From the NCBI RefSeq assembly GCF_020745735.1, contig NC_083419.1, positions 63,522,135-63,586,134 on the forward strand: a stretch of DNA of 64,000 nt, read 5' to 3'. Below are positions 38,760 to 52,620 of this stretch, in pieces. The position numbers and the translations under genes are program-made. Each line of letters begins with the position of its first letter. The first letter of the stretch is position 1. The notes beneath the pieces were generated by a model, which saw nothing but the letters and a program-made list of their open reading frames with translations, searched no databases and was not told where the DNA came from. Origin of the DNA: Hemiscyllium ocellatum (taxonomy: Eukaryota).

Positions 38760-39405
38760 AATGATTTATAATCAAGAGTAATGATGGAACACGTTGAAAA
38801 TTTTCATCTTATCACAATGAGGGAGCATTTATTTGCGATGGGTAGAGCACACATTACAGACCAAATTGAACTTGTTGAAGAGGTGACCAAAGTGCTAGAC
38901 TGGGTAATATTATCTATGCAAATGGCATTGGATAAACATCTCCCAATAAAGACCATTGGCTAAAGTTGAAGCTTGGTGCATTTGAAGGCAGTTTGTTTGC
39001 GTGGCTCAGGAATGGGAGATGTGACAGGAGACAACACACACACTCTGTTAAAAAGAAAGACTTTCATTCATACAGCACCAATAATGACCACCAGATGTCT
39101 CAAAAAACTTTACAATCAATACGGTACTTTGTCAAGTGTAGTCAGTGATGAAATATAGGCAGTTGGCAGAATGTGACCAGTGCTGTTTCAAAAGGATCTG
39201 TGTCAGGAGCTCAACCATTCTACATATTGATTAATCACTTAAATCACGGAATGGAATATCAAATACATATCCAAACTTGTTGATGACACTAAGTTGGGCA
39301 GCACTGTATTTAATTTATTTATTGTCATGTGTATCTTGTTCTGAAAATACAATGAAAAGTGGTGTAAGCAATGAAGGCTGTTACTCAGAGTTACAAAGAG
39401 ATATT
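38760..39405 (+). mobile_element. Old CR1 RT fragment
   Basis: IELVEEVTKVLD and SKLVDDTKLG-like residues. Confidence 0.55.
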
Positions 39406-39407
39406 AA

Positions 39408-39532
39408 CAGAGAAACTCAGCAGGTCTGGTAGCATCTGAAGAAAGATCACCGGACTCAAAACATTAACTCTGTTGTCCCTACACAGGTACTGCCAGACCT
39501 GCTGTATTTCTCCAGCAATTTCTGTTTTTGTT
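39408..39532. mobile_element. Palindromic Penelope-terminus element with decayed hammerhead
   Basis: cagcaggtctggtag...ctgaagaaagatcaccggactcaaaacattaact...ctgccagacctgctg. Confidence 0.65.
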
Positions 39533-40372
39533 AGTCAGAACATTAGCCCGGGGTTCTGAATGACTAGTCACATTATATAATGCCATGACCTACTCAGATG
39601 TCTAAGAAATGGAACTCACTCAGGCAAGTGCAGCAAGAGGGAAATTAAAGGTTAAATTGAGGACACACTATCATTTGATTTCACAATCATGGCCACCAAC
39701 TGACTGCATGAAAAATAACACACAGTGATAAGTTGAGCGTTATGGTGCTTAAACCATTGCAGGCTGAAGTATAGTGCAGGTAGAGAACAAAGAATGCACT
39801 TGCTGGAAACTGGAAATAAAATGCAAAACTGTTGCTGGAAATCAATGAAATGTTACAGTGTAAAAGTAGTCCATTCGGCCCACGGTGCCTGGAATCTATG
39901 CCTGGAATTAAGACTCCAGTGATGACCAAGAAACCATTATTGATTGTCAGAAAAACCTATCCTGTTAGTTTAGGGAAGGAAGCTCGTGTTATTACCTGGT
40001 CTGGCCTGTATGTGACTCCAGGTTCTTGGTGGATAATAAATGCTGGTCTAGCCCAGACGCCATGAATGAATGAATTTTTTAAAAAATCAGCATTCTTGCA
40101 TATTCCACTCATTGCTAATGGAAACTCCGACTGCCATTACTGATCATGAAGACTGACTGTGTCAGAACCATAAGAAGGGCTGGTGGTGATATGGGTTGCT
40201 GTTCTGGTGGAGGTTGCTCATCAATAAACACTTGTATGTACACATGGGGTGGAGGGAGACTACCTACCATTCTCTACCATGTTCCTATGCCATGGAAGTC
40301 TTCTTTATTTTACCAACATTCCCAACTCCACCTCTGCTACTAGCTCCTTACCCTCTCTATTCCCTGTAATGA

Positions 40373-41157
40373 TTGTTACAATGGCCCAGAATATGAGTTC
40401 CCTGATTGGGGCTGTTAACCTGGTCCAATTAGGGAGCCCTGACTGATCGATATAAACAGGAGCGTCAGAGTTTCTGTTCACTCTGAGAGCTGGCTCTGAG
40501 GAAGCTGGATCAGTGCCAAGTATATATAACATCGAACATAGAACAGCACAACAGAATATAGGCCTTTCGGCCCTCGATGTTGTGCTAACCTTTTATCCTA
40601 CTCTCAGATCAAACTAACCTACAAACCTTTCATTTTACTATCTTCCATGTGCCAATCTAAGAGTCACTTAAATGTCCCGAATGTATCTGATTCTACTACC
40701 ACTGCTGGCAGTGCATTCCACACACCCACCACACTCTGTGAGTAAAGAACCAACCTCTGACATCATCCCTAAACCTTCCTCCAATCACCTTAAAATTATG
40801 TCCCCTCGTGATAGCCATTTCCACCTTGGGAAAAAGTCTCTGGCTATCCACTCAATCTATGCCTCTCAGCATCTTGTACACTTCTATCAAGTCACCTCTC
40901 ATCCTTCTTCACTCGAATGAGAAAAGCGCTATCTCCCTTAATGTTTCATCATAAGACACACCCTCCAGTCCAGGCAGCATCCTGGTAAATCTGCTCTGCA
41001 CCCTCTCTACATCCTTCCACATCCTTCTGATAATGAGGTGACCAGAACTGAACACACATTCCAAGAGTGGTCTAACCAGGGCTCTATAGAGTATTATGCA
41101 CGTGTAAATAAAGGTTAACTTGGTGGTAGCATACTGGCCCTTGCACAGTTATTTTGG
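40373..41157 (+). mobile_element. Solo LTR interrupted by a minus-strand CR1 3' end (about 40535-41090)
   Basis: Starts TGTTACA; CCAAT and TATAAA boxes; resumes after the CR1 with AATAAA. Confidence 0.55.
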
Positions 41158-42121
41158 TCATGACATGATCTCCTTTTGCTGTACATCAACATCATTATGA
41201 AAGTTATTGATTTTCACCCTCCACTTACAAATACTGTCCTTTTCCTGCTCCTATTTCCCCAACTTAACAATCACTTGAAAGTTGTCCATTTATAGCATCT
41301 CACCATTCTGTTGAAAGGCAGAATCATTAATTGTTCCTTTCTTTACAAATGCTGTCTATGCTTGTTGAGTGTTTTCTGTCTTTGATTCAGGGCTTCAGAA
41401 TATGTAGTATTTTGTGTGCCTTTATAAAAATGTATCCCTTTTTTCATTGTGAGAGGAGTCTCAAAAAAGGGTGCAAATTAACCCCTGGCAGAACCAAAAG
41501 AAAAATAAATTCTGTTTTTTTTTAAGTTTCTAAGTTTGTAGCCTTGGGAAATAGACCAACAATAATATTTTTCATGTGAATTGAGGTCCAAAGTTCCAAC
41601 AATGTAGAATTTGGTGCACAGCATCTCATTCTCTCATATGCAACACAATGAGGGAAATTTTACATGAAAATATCTTGCAGTTAGACAGGGCTTTTGCCTT
41701 ATTAAACAGACCTTCATTGAGGAGAATGCAGATATTGCAAAACCAGAAGAGTGGATGACAAGCACCAGTAAAAGGGAGACTTGGTGAAAGTTTGGTTTTT
41801 AAGGAAGTGAGAAGGGTAACAAATGTTGTTTTTTACTGCAGTGTTTCTCTGTTTTATATTTTTATGGTCTTGTGAGGTTATATTTGGCTTAAGATTGTGT
41901 TCTAACACTGGTACATCAATTTTTAATCTCCCCCTCCCCCTCCATTAACTGATCTGCTGGTGAGTAATCATTACTCAATGATGTTGCTCTGTAATGGAGT
42001 CAAGCTAATTCCCATTTAACAATAGCACTACAGTCTTGGTCACCCTCTCTGCTTCTCCATTTGAATGAGGTTGAATGGCTACAGCTTAAGAATGCTTGAT
42101 TGCCACCTCCTTTTTTTTAAC

Positions 42122-42435
42122 ATTAGAATCCCTACAGTGTGAAAACAGGCCCTTTGGCCCAACAAGTCCACATTGATCCTTTTGAAGGGTAACCCACCCT
42201 GACCCAATCCCTACTCTATATTTACTCCTTGCTAACATACCTAACCTACACATTCCTGAACACTACAGGCAATTTAGCATGGCCAATTCACTAACCTGCA
42301 CATCTTTGGACTGTGGGAGGAAACCAGAGCACCCAAAGGAAACCCACACAGACAGTCATCTGAGGCTGGAATCAAACCAGGGTCCCTGGCTCTGTAATGG
42401 CAACTGTGCTAACCACTGAGCTACTGTGCCACCCA
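42122..42435 (-). mobile_element. HE1-type SINE
   Basis: Same V-domain and tail motifs. Confidence 0.85.
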
Positions 42436-42439
42436 TGGT

Positions 42440-42610
42440 TTGTGAGTGAGGATTTTCTGAAGAGATCTATTGTCTAATTCCAGTTTCTCAAAGAAACTCT
42501 GTGCTGCTAAGATTCTTTTCAGTTCTCGGATCATCGAGTCAGCTGTGGGTGAGTGAAGTCCTGTCACTTCAATCCATTTTGAGTCATAGTCTCCTGTGAA
42601 ATTGAACAAA
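42440..42610 (-). mobile_element. Gypsy/Ty3 integrase relic
   Basis: DSKWIEV...TADSMIRELKRILAAQ..EKLELDN resembles the rve segment D..SKW.EV...T...I..L..IFA..G.P..L.SDN. Confidence 0.7.
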
Positions 42611-43624
42611 TTTCTTCTCTATCCTTTCTCTCTTCGGGAACTTCAAGAAAAATCAATGGCTTTTGTGACTCACACATTTGGCATAACAAAACGTATTCTT
42701 TTAAATCTTTTCAAAGTCACCGATTGGTGAGCTCTTGCTCTGCCCTTCATGTAACATCCCGTACCACTCCCCACCAACCGCACCTCCCTCCCCCATCACC
42801 CTTCCAGCCAAGTTCTGTGTGAAAAATACCTTTTCTTAATTTGGTCATGAGATGTGGGTATTGTTGGCTAAGCCAGTATTCATTAACCATCCCTAACGTT
42901 CTTGAGACTATGACTGTGAGCTATGTTCTTAAACTGCTCCAGTCCTACAAGTGTATGCGCAATCATAATCTGTTAAGAACATAGGAACAGATGTAGACTA
43001 TTCAGCCCATCAAGCCTGCTCTCCCATTCAATATAATTATGGATGTTTATACACTTCAATGTCTTTTCCCCCACACTACTCCCTAATCCTGGATTCCCAA
43101 CAATGCAGGAATGACAATACAGTTCCAATTCAGAACGGCAAGTGGTTTGGAGAGGAACTTGCAGATAGTGGTGTTCCTAAGTAGCTACTTGCCCTTTGAG
43201 ATAGTCATGGTTTGGAAGGTGCTGTCTGAGGAGCCTTGGAAAAATAATGTATCTTGTAGGTCGTACACACTGCTGCCACTGTGCAGTAATGAGTGGAGTG
43301 GATGTTGAAGGTGGTTTATGGGTTACAAGTCAAGTAGGCTACTTTGCCCTGGGAATGAAGTTTTGTGAGTCTTCTCAATCTTGGTATAAGCATTCTATAA
43401 TTCATTTACTAATAAATCTTCCGCTATCATCAAGTCTTGTCATGGCTCATGGTACCTTTAGCTCTTGGTTTTTTTATATTATATTTTGACCACCCCTGCA
43501 GACAGGGTTGTGCACCCCGTGTCAGATTTTTCAGCAGTACAGATGTCTGAGGTTTCTCTCAGTTGCTGTTTCAGTGTGGATTATTGCCTTAGAACAAGAC
43601 TCCACTATTTCTCCTAATCCATTG

Positions 43625-43950
43625 CTGGTGGCTTAGTAGTTAGCACTGTTGCCTCACAGCACCAGCGACCTAGGCTCGATTCCAGTCTTGTGTGACTGTC
43701 TATGTGGAGTTCGCACATTCTCCTCATGTCTAAGTGGGTTTCCTTCGGGTGCTCTTCAAGATGTGCAGGTCAGGTGGATTGACTATACTAAGTTTCCCTG
43801 CAGCGTCCAGGGATGTACAGGTCGGGTGGAGTAGCCACGGGAAATGTAGGGTTATAAGGTAGGGGGATGGTTCTGGATGGGATGCAGTTTGGAGTTTTGG
43901 TGTGGACTCAATAGGCCAAATGGCCTGCTTCCACTCAGTGAGGATTCTAT
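43625..43950 (+). mobile_element. HE1-type SINE, older
   Basis: Head, V-domain and tail. Confidence 0.8.
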
Positions 43951-45361
43951 AATTCTTCTGATACAGTTATAACATTGGCATCTACATGACAGCATGGAAA
44001 ATTGTCCAGTTATGTCCTGTACACAAAAAGCAGGACAAATCTAGCCTGGCCAATGATTGCCCTATCAGACTACTCTCAATCATCAGGAAAGTGATGGAAT
44101 GAACCATTAACAGCACCTCAATAAACATCCACACCTTCCACCACCAACACGGAGTAGCAGTAATGTCCACAAGGTGCACTCACCAAATTCGCCAAAGACC
44201 CTTAACCAGCACCTTCTAAACCCACTTCCACTGCCACCTAGAAGGAGAGGGACAGCAAATACATTGGTACAGCACCACCTGCAGGTTCCCCTCCAAGCCA
44301 CTCACCATCCTGATCTGGAAATATACAACTGTTCCTTCTATGTAGCTGGGGCAGAATCCTAGAACACCATCCTTAACAAATCCTTTGAGTCCATTAAGCA
44401 AATACCAACCCACAGGATACAAAGGGTGTGTGACATTGTATCAGGTTTCCCAATTCTCCTCTCTCTACATATTCCCAACTTCAAGGATGAAGTATCTCCA
44501 TTGAGAAAACTGGTCAAGAGGATGTTCCCATATCCAAATAGATGGCCACCAATTTGTTCTGTAAAGCAGGTTCAGTCAGTTCTGCATTACTATGACTCCA
44601 GGAAAGCCACGATTCTGGAAGAAGATGTATCAGAATAAAGTCCCAGCTTCCTGCATTTTGCAAGATGAAAAATCTTTGATTTGAGCTCTCTGTCACCTGT
44701 GCAAGCCAACTATTCCGATTAATGATCAATAATGTCAAGCATCTGGATTCTTGCATTACATTACATTGCTGCACTTTAACACAACACCAACGAAGGAGGG
44801 GTTACTTCTCTCATACAACCAATGCTTGGAGGACAGGTGTGAATATCTTGCCCAGCAACTAAATATTGAACCATTCCAAAACACGGGGCCTTCATCTTCA
44901 AAGGCAGAGGAGAGTGAATGAGATCTCAACAAGTAAGCAGGCACAGAATTGTTACAAATTACACATTGGGTCGAGAGTGCAAATTATAAATACAAATACA
45001 AGTACTTGGAAGCTTGGAAACTAGGAAAGCTTCCTAGAATATACAAGCAGCCCAGACCATATTGAATCATCCCTGCTATGTTGTGAAGGAACAGGGGCCA
45101 GCCCAGACCAATGTATAACAAGCTTTAGGCTGAGCTGCTCGCCTGGCTGTGTGGTTGGTTTGTGACGCAGTGTGATAACAATGGGATGGGTTCAACCCCC
45201 ACACTAACTGAGGTTACCATGAAGGACCCTCTCCTCATCCCCTCCCTCCAACTGAGATGTGGTGACCCTCAGACTGAACCGCTGTCTGTTATCTCTCTCC
45301 CTCTAATGAGAGAGCAGTCTTATGTACTCTGGGACTATGATGACATTACCTTACCTTTCTT

Positions 45362-45500
45362 AATGATGATGTGGAGGTATCTGGGGTGTATTGGACTGGA
45401 GTGGACAAAGGCATCAGGTAGCTGGAGCAGAGCTGTGGAAACTAGTGCTTCCAAATAAACTTTTCGGACTATAACCTGGTGTTGTGTGATTTTTAACTTT
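45362..45500. mobile_element. Inverted mini-element of the same pLTR family as 30080-30212
   Basis: Reverse-oriented tail (atgatgtggag..gtggacaaag) followed by forward ctagtgcttccaaataaac...ggactataacctggtgttgtgtgatttttaacttt. Confidence 0.65.
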
Positions 45501-45624
45501 TACTGTGTTGATAGTAGTTTAGAGAGATGGGAACTCCACAAAAAATCAAAGTTGAAAGAATGAGTCACCACTTAAGGGGTGAGGATCTGAATGCTGGACA
45601 TCCCATTGCCCATCTTGATTCATT

Positions 45625-46280
45625 CAGCTCTATAGGGGGCTGTTTTTCTCCTGGAATGAGAGACAGAGACAGACTGAAAGTGGGTGGCATAGCAGTAACC
45701 TTTGATGCGAAGGTCTCCCAAGCAAGTGATCAGGCAGCATAGCAGATGGACAGGACTATTGGTGTCAGGCATTGGGCTGGGTGATAGCAAGTGAGGGAGG
45801 ATTCTGTGGGCAATAGAGTGCATGATAGAGCATGAGTCTTGCTGGGAGCTATGTGAAGTAGCAGATATAGAGTGCAGAAGTGAAGTTGGTGGAACTTTGA
45901 CTGGAGGAGTGGAGAAGGTCATTGAGCTTCTTGCTTCAGCATTGAGCATTCCTCTAGATGGCTGGGACTACTGGAGCTAGGCTGACAACCTCAGACATTG
46001 CCTCCTCTGCTGGCACTGGAGAAGAGGATATCCTGCCTTTGCACCACTCCACTCACTAAGACCTCCAGGTCACTGCCCACAAAGCAGGGCACCAATTTTC
46101 GCCTGCTTGCTATCTCCAGGACAAACTTCAGGAACTGTGTGGGGCAGCTCTGGACTGGCAGTGCCTGTCTGGGTGCACAACAACCTTTGAAAGATAGCAT
46201 CAGAGCCAGGGATGCAGTCAATTTTGGGATATCCAGTGAGTGGCAAGATGTTCCAGGAATGGTGCATGGTAAAACGGGGC
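45625..46280 (-). mobile_element. PIF/Harbinger-type relic with Myb/SANT-like coding remnant
   Basis: KLVPCFVGSDLEVLVSGVVQRQDILF...QC*SKKLNDLL; terminal ggtaaaacggggc at 46268-46280. Confidence 0.6.
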
Positions 46281-46713
46281 TAGAATTGGAAGACACGGAT
46301 GCCAAAACGATAGGCTAGAAGTTTACTAAGGTGAGGTATGACAAAAAATCTCATTAGGTTTGATGTGGAAAACCCTCCAAAAAACTTGACAAAAGCCCTT
46401 AGCCAAAACAAAGGTAAGGTTCAGCCCATAGCGTTTTTTTCTTGCATAAATTAAAGTGAATGGGTTCAGTACTCCTCACTTTTGATACAAAATGTCCTGG
46501 CAAATTCATGACTCCATGTCCAACACACAATTCAGCAGCATGATGATGATTCAGGAGTTGAAGATAAGCTTATCGACAGAATGTAACTCATCCCAAACCT
46601 ATAAAGGGTAAAGTGGAAGATATGTCTAAGGATGAAACCTTCAGATACTTGTTGGATGACCATGTGCTATGGAAGAAGCCACTATTAGAGATGTGTTGAT
46701 TATTTTGGGTTGA

Positions 46714-47040
46714 CACAGTGGCTCACAGTGCCAGGGACCTGAATTCGATTCTACCCTCAGACGACTGTCCATGCAGCATTTGCACATTCTCCCCGTGTCT
46801 GCATGTGTTTCCTCTGGGTCCTCTGGTTTCCTCCCACAGTCCCAAGATATGCAGCTTAGATGGATTGGCCATGCTAAACTGCCCATAGTGTCCAGGGATG
46901 GGCATGCCAGGTGGTTTAGCCATTGGGAATGTAAGGTGATAGGATAGGGGAGTGGGGTTAAGGTGGGTTGCTCTTTGGAGGGTCAGTGTGGGTGAGATGG
47001 GCTGAATTACCTGCTTCCACAATGTAGGAATGTTATGATT
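46714..47040 (+). mobile_element. HE1-type SINE, older
   Basis: V-domain and tail. Confidence 0.8.
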
Positions 47041-48051
47041 GTACTTTGAAACTGATAGGACAGACGAAGACAAGGTGGAATCTTCATGGTTGACGACAGG
47101 GAAATATGTTAATTATGGTTGGACTGAAGGATGTTAGACTACTGTTTGACTCTATGCCAAATACTGACCAGAAGAAACAACGCACCAAAGTTTATAATGG
47201 TAAGGAATGTTGGTGTTTTGGTCAGGCCAGAAGCCGAGCGGTAGTATGGAAGGCAGGAAAATGTGGAAGGTGGTTTGCAACTTGTTGTCATGACTTTTTC
47301 TGAAGAAGGGAAAGTTAAATATGGAAAATGGTAGGAGAACTCAAACGTTCGCTCATTGAGAAGTTTGGTAAGGAAAATGGTGTCAATGCAAAAATTAGTT
47401 CAGGGTACAAGCACATTGAGTTGTGTGTTGAGGATTGGGCTGATGGTAATTCTGAAGCAGAGAATTAGTTAGTGACTGTAGCCAGGGTTGGATTTAAAAG
47501 AAGTATGAATGGACAGACAGTGGGACGGTTCAAGGCAGAAAAGGAATGGGTGTGCCGTTATTGTGGGGAAGGAAAATTAGTCATTTCACTTTTCACCAGA
47601 GGTAAAGATGGAAAGCTGGAGAAAGGGTGTCAAAGGAAATGATTAACCATTAAGCAAAGGAGTCTAAAGTTGCCCTTCTCTTCCAGGCAATAGGACCCGA
47701 TGAGGGAGAGGGCGAGACCAGTGTTATATAAATTGATGAAGCAGTAATGTGGCAATCCGAAAGTCAGATTTAATCTCTCAATCCCACATTCCCAGTTGAG
47801 AAGTGCACAAAGAGGGGCTGAGGTCAAGAGAAAGGACAGCATTTTTTTATAATCCATATTCTCTAGACAGTATGGCTTAGCCAAGGTTCCATTTTCCAGT
47901 CCAGCAGCAGTTCAGCTGAGGAGAAAGCTGGTCAAAATTCTCCTCATCCAAGAGCATGGAAACAGGATTGTCTAATTTTTCAACTCTGTGTCACTTGTGG
48001 GATCTTCCTGTGTACATAACAGCTGCTTTTGGACAGGAGTAACTGCATGAC

Positions 48052-48345
48052 ATATGGTGGTTCAGTGGTTAGCACTGCTGCCTTACAGCACCAGGAACAA
48101 GGTTGAATTCCACCCTCAGGTACACTGCCTGTGTGGTGCTTGCACATTCTCCCTGTGTCTGTGTAGGTTTCCTCCCACAGTCCAAAGGTGTGCAGGTTAG
48201 GTGGACAGGCCATGCTAAATTGCCCATAGTTTCCAGTGATGTGCAGAATAGATGGACTAGCCATGGGAAATACAGGGATTGCGGGAGGAGGCTCTTCAGA
48301 GGATCAGTGGGCTGAATGGCCTTCTTCCATACTGTAGGAATTTTA
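48052..48345 (+). mobile_element. HE1-type SINE, older
   Basis: Head, V-domain and tail. Confidence 0.8.
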
Positions 48346-49752
48346 TGACAGCAAGAATTACATTGATGTGTGGCTGTTCTGTCTATACTATGTAAATGCA
48401 TGCCTTGGCATTTTATTAACTATGGAAAAACCTAAGGGAGGTAGGAAATAATTCCAGCTCTGAGGGAAGAGTCGTTTATGACTCTGAGTTTTAACTCTCT
48501 TTCTCTATACCTGGAGTTTTTCTGGTGCCTTGTTTTTCTGTTAACATTTTTATTATTTATTCATGTCTTGACCTGTATGCTTTCTGTTAAACAAATTTTC
48601 TGTGTCCTTTTCCAACAAGCAGACTGCCTGACCAGTCTTGGAGAAACTGTGAAATAACATGACATGGGCAGGTTTCTGTTGTGTAAACGGCATTGCATAA
48701 ACAGCCATTACAGGAACAGCAGAAATCAACAGTGACGTTAACAAGGAGATGAATGTTCAAATTTTCCTTACTCCAGTGAATTATTAACACATTCAAGGTC
48801 ACTTTGAGAACAAATCACACCAAATTCAAAAATTTCAATGCAGCCATTTCAACGTCTCAAAGCCTCTTTCCATATGTTAACGTGCTTTGAGGCGCAGCAA
48901 CCATTGTTTGAGAAGCAGTCCTTTTTTTTAACAAAGTCAGAAGGAGATGGACCACCACAGAATCAGTCTTTCCCAGAAACAGTGAGGGAGGATGGTGATC
49001 CTGGAGAGAACTTTGTTAGTCTTTGTCAAATGGTGCTGTATTTGAATCTGTATAATGCAGAGCGGATGTAGGTATAGGATGTCATGGAAAGGATGGCATC
49101 TCTTGTAGATATCTACATGATAAGGCCAGTGGAGCTTTTGTATTTAAAAAGAAAGAAACTTTGGCTATCTGCAGTCTAACATAACGCTTATCTCAGCGAG
49201 GCTGTTATCCCCAGGGTGTAAGGGAGCTTTCTTCTATTGAACAAACAATGTTCAGCAGAATAAAACATGATTCTGATCAATGGGTTGGAGATCCATCAAG
49301 AGCAGTTTATTGTTCAGTGTCCAGTGTCCTCGACATGCCACACTTGTGGTACTGTGCAGAGAACTAGTCACAGTGATGATAACAGACTCACCCAGTGACA
49401 AGAGAACAGTTCAGAAGCTAGTCCCTGATGGTGACACAATGAGATTTAAAAATGACTTGGGCTCATAATTTAGAGGTGATCTATGAGACACTTTTAATGG
49501 GAGAAACGAAATGTGCTCAGATCACAGGACTAGAGGACACAGCCGGAACAATTTATTTTAAATTCCCAATTTATTTAAATTCTCAAACTTTGCTGAGGGA
49601 ATTTGAACTCATAAAACTAAACCAGAACCATAGTGACTGACAATGAAGTACTTTAGAATTGCAACTAATGTTGTAACATAGGAAACTCAAAAGTCACGTT
49701 GCAAGTTTGCACAAACAGCATCAACATAACTGACCAGGTAACGGACCTTCCT

Positions 49753-50400
49753 GCCCTATTTTACCCTGATGTCACCCGGAATGAGAGAAAGGGAAGGATT
49801 AGAGGTGAGGAAAGTGGATGGCATGGCTGTTAGTGCTGGTACGGGTGGACAAATGCAGCGAAATGTTCAGAGGGAGTGAGCACACGATTCAGGGTCTGTG
49901 CAGAGTTTGCAGGGTGCGAAATAGGGAAAGTGAGAGCCAGTGAGTGAAGATCTTAAGGCGATAGTGACAGGTGCAGAGTGTGAGCTTTGGTAGGAAGTGA
50001 CTGCAGTAGCAGAGTTAGAGAGAGGGGGAGGTAGCAGGGAGAAGAGTATCACAGTCACTGGCTGACTGTCTCAGACGGCACAGTTCTGACTGGTGACCTC
50101 TGCCAGCATCTGTTGACATGGCCTCCTTTGTTGACATGGCCTCCTTTGTTGCTCTGCCAGAATGAGGATGCCCCTCCTTTGCACCAAAATCTCCACCAGT
50201 GCTTCCAGATCTCCACCAGAGAATTGCAGTGCCACCTTCTCCATTTCCAGCACGGTCTGAATCTGCCCTTCAATGAGCACGGCAGGAATACTGTCCGGGC
50301 GGACAGTGGCTTTGAAAGGGGATCGAGAGACTTGGTTTGCTGGTCGAATATCCTCTGAGTGGCTAGTTGCTTTGGAAACAGCACATGGTAAGGTGGGCAT
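49753..50400 (-). mobile_element. PIF/Harbinger-type relic with Myb/SANT-like coding remnant
   Basis: MEKVALQFSGGDLEALVEILVQRRGIL...AEV; terminal gccctattttacc at 49753-49765. Confidence 0.6.
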
Positions 50401-50466
50401 AGAATTAGATAAACGGAATGCCGGAAGGGTAGTCTAGATAGTTCTTGAGGATTTGGTAAGATACAG

Positions 50467-50825
50467 CAAGAATTTGGGGTGGTACAGTGGCTCAGTGGTT
50501 CACACTGCTGCCTCACAGTGCCATGGACCCGGGTTCAATTTCACCCTTGGGCGACTGTGTGTCAACATTCCTCTTGTGTCTCCGTGGATTTCCATCGGGT
50601 ACTCTGCTTTCCTCACACAGTCCCAAGATGTGCAGGTTAGGTGGATTGGCCATGCTAAATTGCCCACAGTGTCCAGGGATAAGTAGGTAAGGTGGATTAG
50701 CCATGGGAAATGCAGGGTTACAGAGATAGGGTGAGCGGGTGTTTCTGGGCTGGATGCTGCTCTTCGGAGGGTCGATATAGACTTAGTGTACCACGTGGCC
50801 TGTTTCCACACAGTAGGGATTCTAT
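50467..50825 (+). mobile_element. HE1-type SINE
   Basis: Head, V-domain and tail. Confidence 0.82.
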
Positions 50826-50989
50826 ACCACTAGGCCTCATGGTGAGAAGGTGAGAAAAAGGAAGTGGAATTTGGCTGACAAGGATAGGACCAGCACGGGA
50901 GGACCTCAGATCAGAAGAATAATAACCGGAAGGGACAGCAGTCACTGAATATTAGTGATTGTGTGGGGCCTGGTATTAATCAGGAGATG

Positions 50990-52420
50990 AGAGAAACCTG
51001 TTGTATGGGTTATCATGGGTGAGTTCAATCTGTATTCAGACTGTGAAAACCAACTGAGTGCTAAAACTGCAGAGGCCAAGTTTGTGGAGTGTGTTCGGGA
51101 TGGTTTTCTAGTAAGAGGATAACTAAATAACATGCTATTTAGCTCTGGTATTATGTTATGAAAAAGGGCTAATTAACAATCTTGTTTGGGATGATTGGCC
51201 ACAATGGGTGATAGAATTTTAAAGGTGTCACACTCGATTAAGGAAAATTATGAAGACATGATGCTGACCTGGATTGGGAAAATACATGGTATGACTGTAC
51301 ATAGGCAATGGATAGTCTTTAAATAAGAATTACATGGTTTACAGCAACTATACATTCCTTAAGATGCAAAAACTCAAAAACAGTCGACCATGACTAACAG
51401 CAGAAGTTCAGGATTGTATAAGATTACAAGAAAATGCCTATGAAGTTGCCAGCAATAGCAGTAATTCCAAGGACCAGAATGCAACAAAGAATATGAATGA
51501 TATCTAGCAAAAAGACATTAAAACCAAACTGTTAAAAGTTCCTGTGGATATGTGAAAAGGAAAAAACACTTGGATCAAATAATATGGATCAATCACAGTC
51601 TTGAGTCAGGAGAATTTTTAATGAGGAATAGAGAAATGTCAGAAAAGCTGAATGGCTAATTTGCATCTGTTTTCACTGAGGAAGTTACAAGAAATCTCTC
51701 AGCAGTAGAGACCAAAGTGGTTATTGTGAATGAGGAGTTGAAGGAAATTAATGTCAATAAGAAGGCCGTACTGGAGAAATGAATGGGGCTGAGAGTTAAT
51801 AAATCTTCAGGATCTGATGGTCCACATCCCAGAGGAGAAAAGGAGGTGACTGTAGAGATCATTGATACTTTGGTGATTATCTTTCAAAATTCTTCAGATT
51901 CTGGAATGTTTCTGCAGGTTGCAAAGTAGCAAATGCCATCTCACTATTTAAGAAGAGACAGAGAGAGAAACGGGGAACTACAGTCCTGATAGCCTTATAT
52001 CAGTAGCAGGGAATTTATTATAAAGGATGGGATAAACACTTTGTGATAATGCTCTGATTAGGCACAATCAACATGGATTCACAAATGGGAAATTGCATTT
52101 TCTAAAGATGCTAGTATCAAAGTTGACAAAGGAGAGTCAATGGGGGTAACATATTTAGATGTTCATGAACTCCACCACAGGAGCTGGTTAGAAAAATTAA
52201 AGCACACGGGCCAGTAGGTAATGCACTGACATGGAGAATTGTCTAACAGATGAAAATCAGAAAGTAGGAATAAATTTGTCATTCACACATCAATAGGCTG
52301 TGACCAGTGGGTACCACAAGGATCAGAACTTGGGTCCCAGCTGTTCAGACAAATACATCAATGATTTCCAATTGGAATTGGAAATTTAATATTTCCAAAT
52401 TTGTGGATAAAGGTGTCTCT
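50990..52420 (+). mobile_element. Decayed CR1 LINE (endonuclease end to RT)
   Basis: NKSSGSDGPHP, GNYSP.SL.SV and QHGF.NGK motifs. Confidence 0.8.
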
Positions 52421-52439
52421 TCAAGAGGGTTTGGACAGG

Positions 52440-52620
52440 CTCAGCCAGAGGATAAAACATTGCAGTTTGCTCTTTCCAATCTATCAGCATTCAGATAGTA
52501 ATCTGCCTGCCTGTTTTTGCTACCAACATGAATAACCTCACATTTATCCACATTATATTGCCTCCGCCATACACTTACCTTGTCCATAACACACTGAAGC
52601 TGCTCTGCATCCTCTACCAT
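52440..52620 (-). mobile_element. CR1 RT fragment
   Basis: WRRQYNVDKCEVIHVGSKNRQADYYLN. Confidence 0.8.

Noticed and set aside
41710-41787. Possible plus-strand terminal exon TFIEENADIAKPEEW...
   Set aside because: Short, no partner exons, no family match
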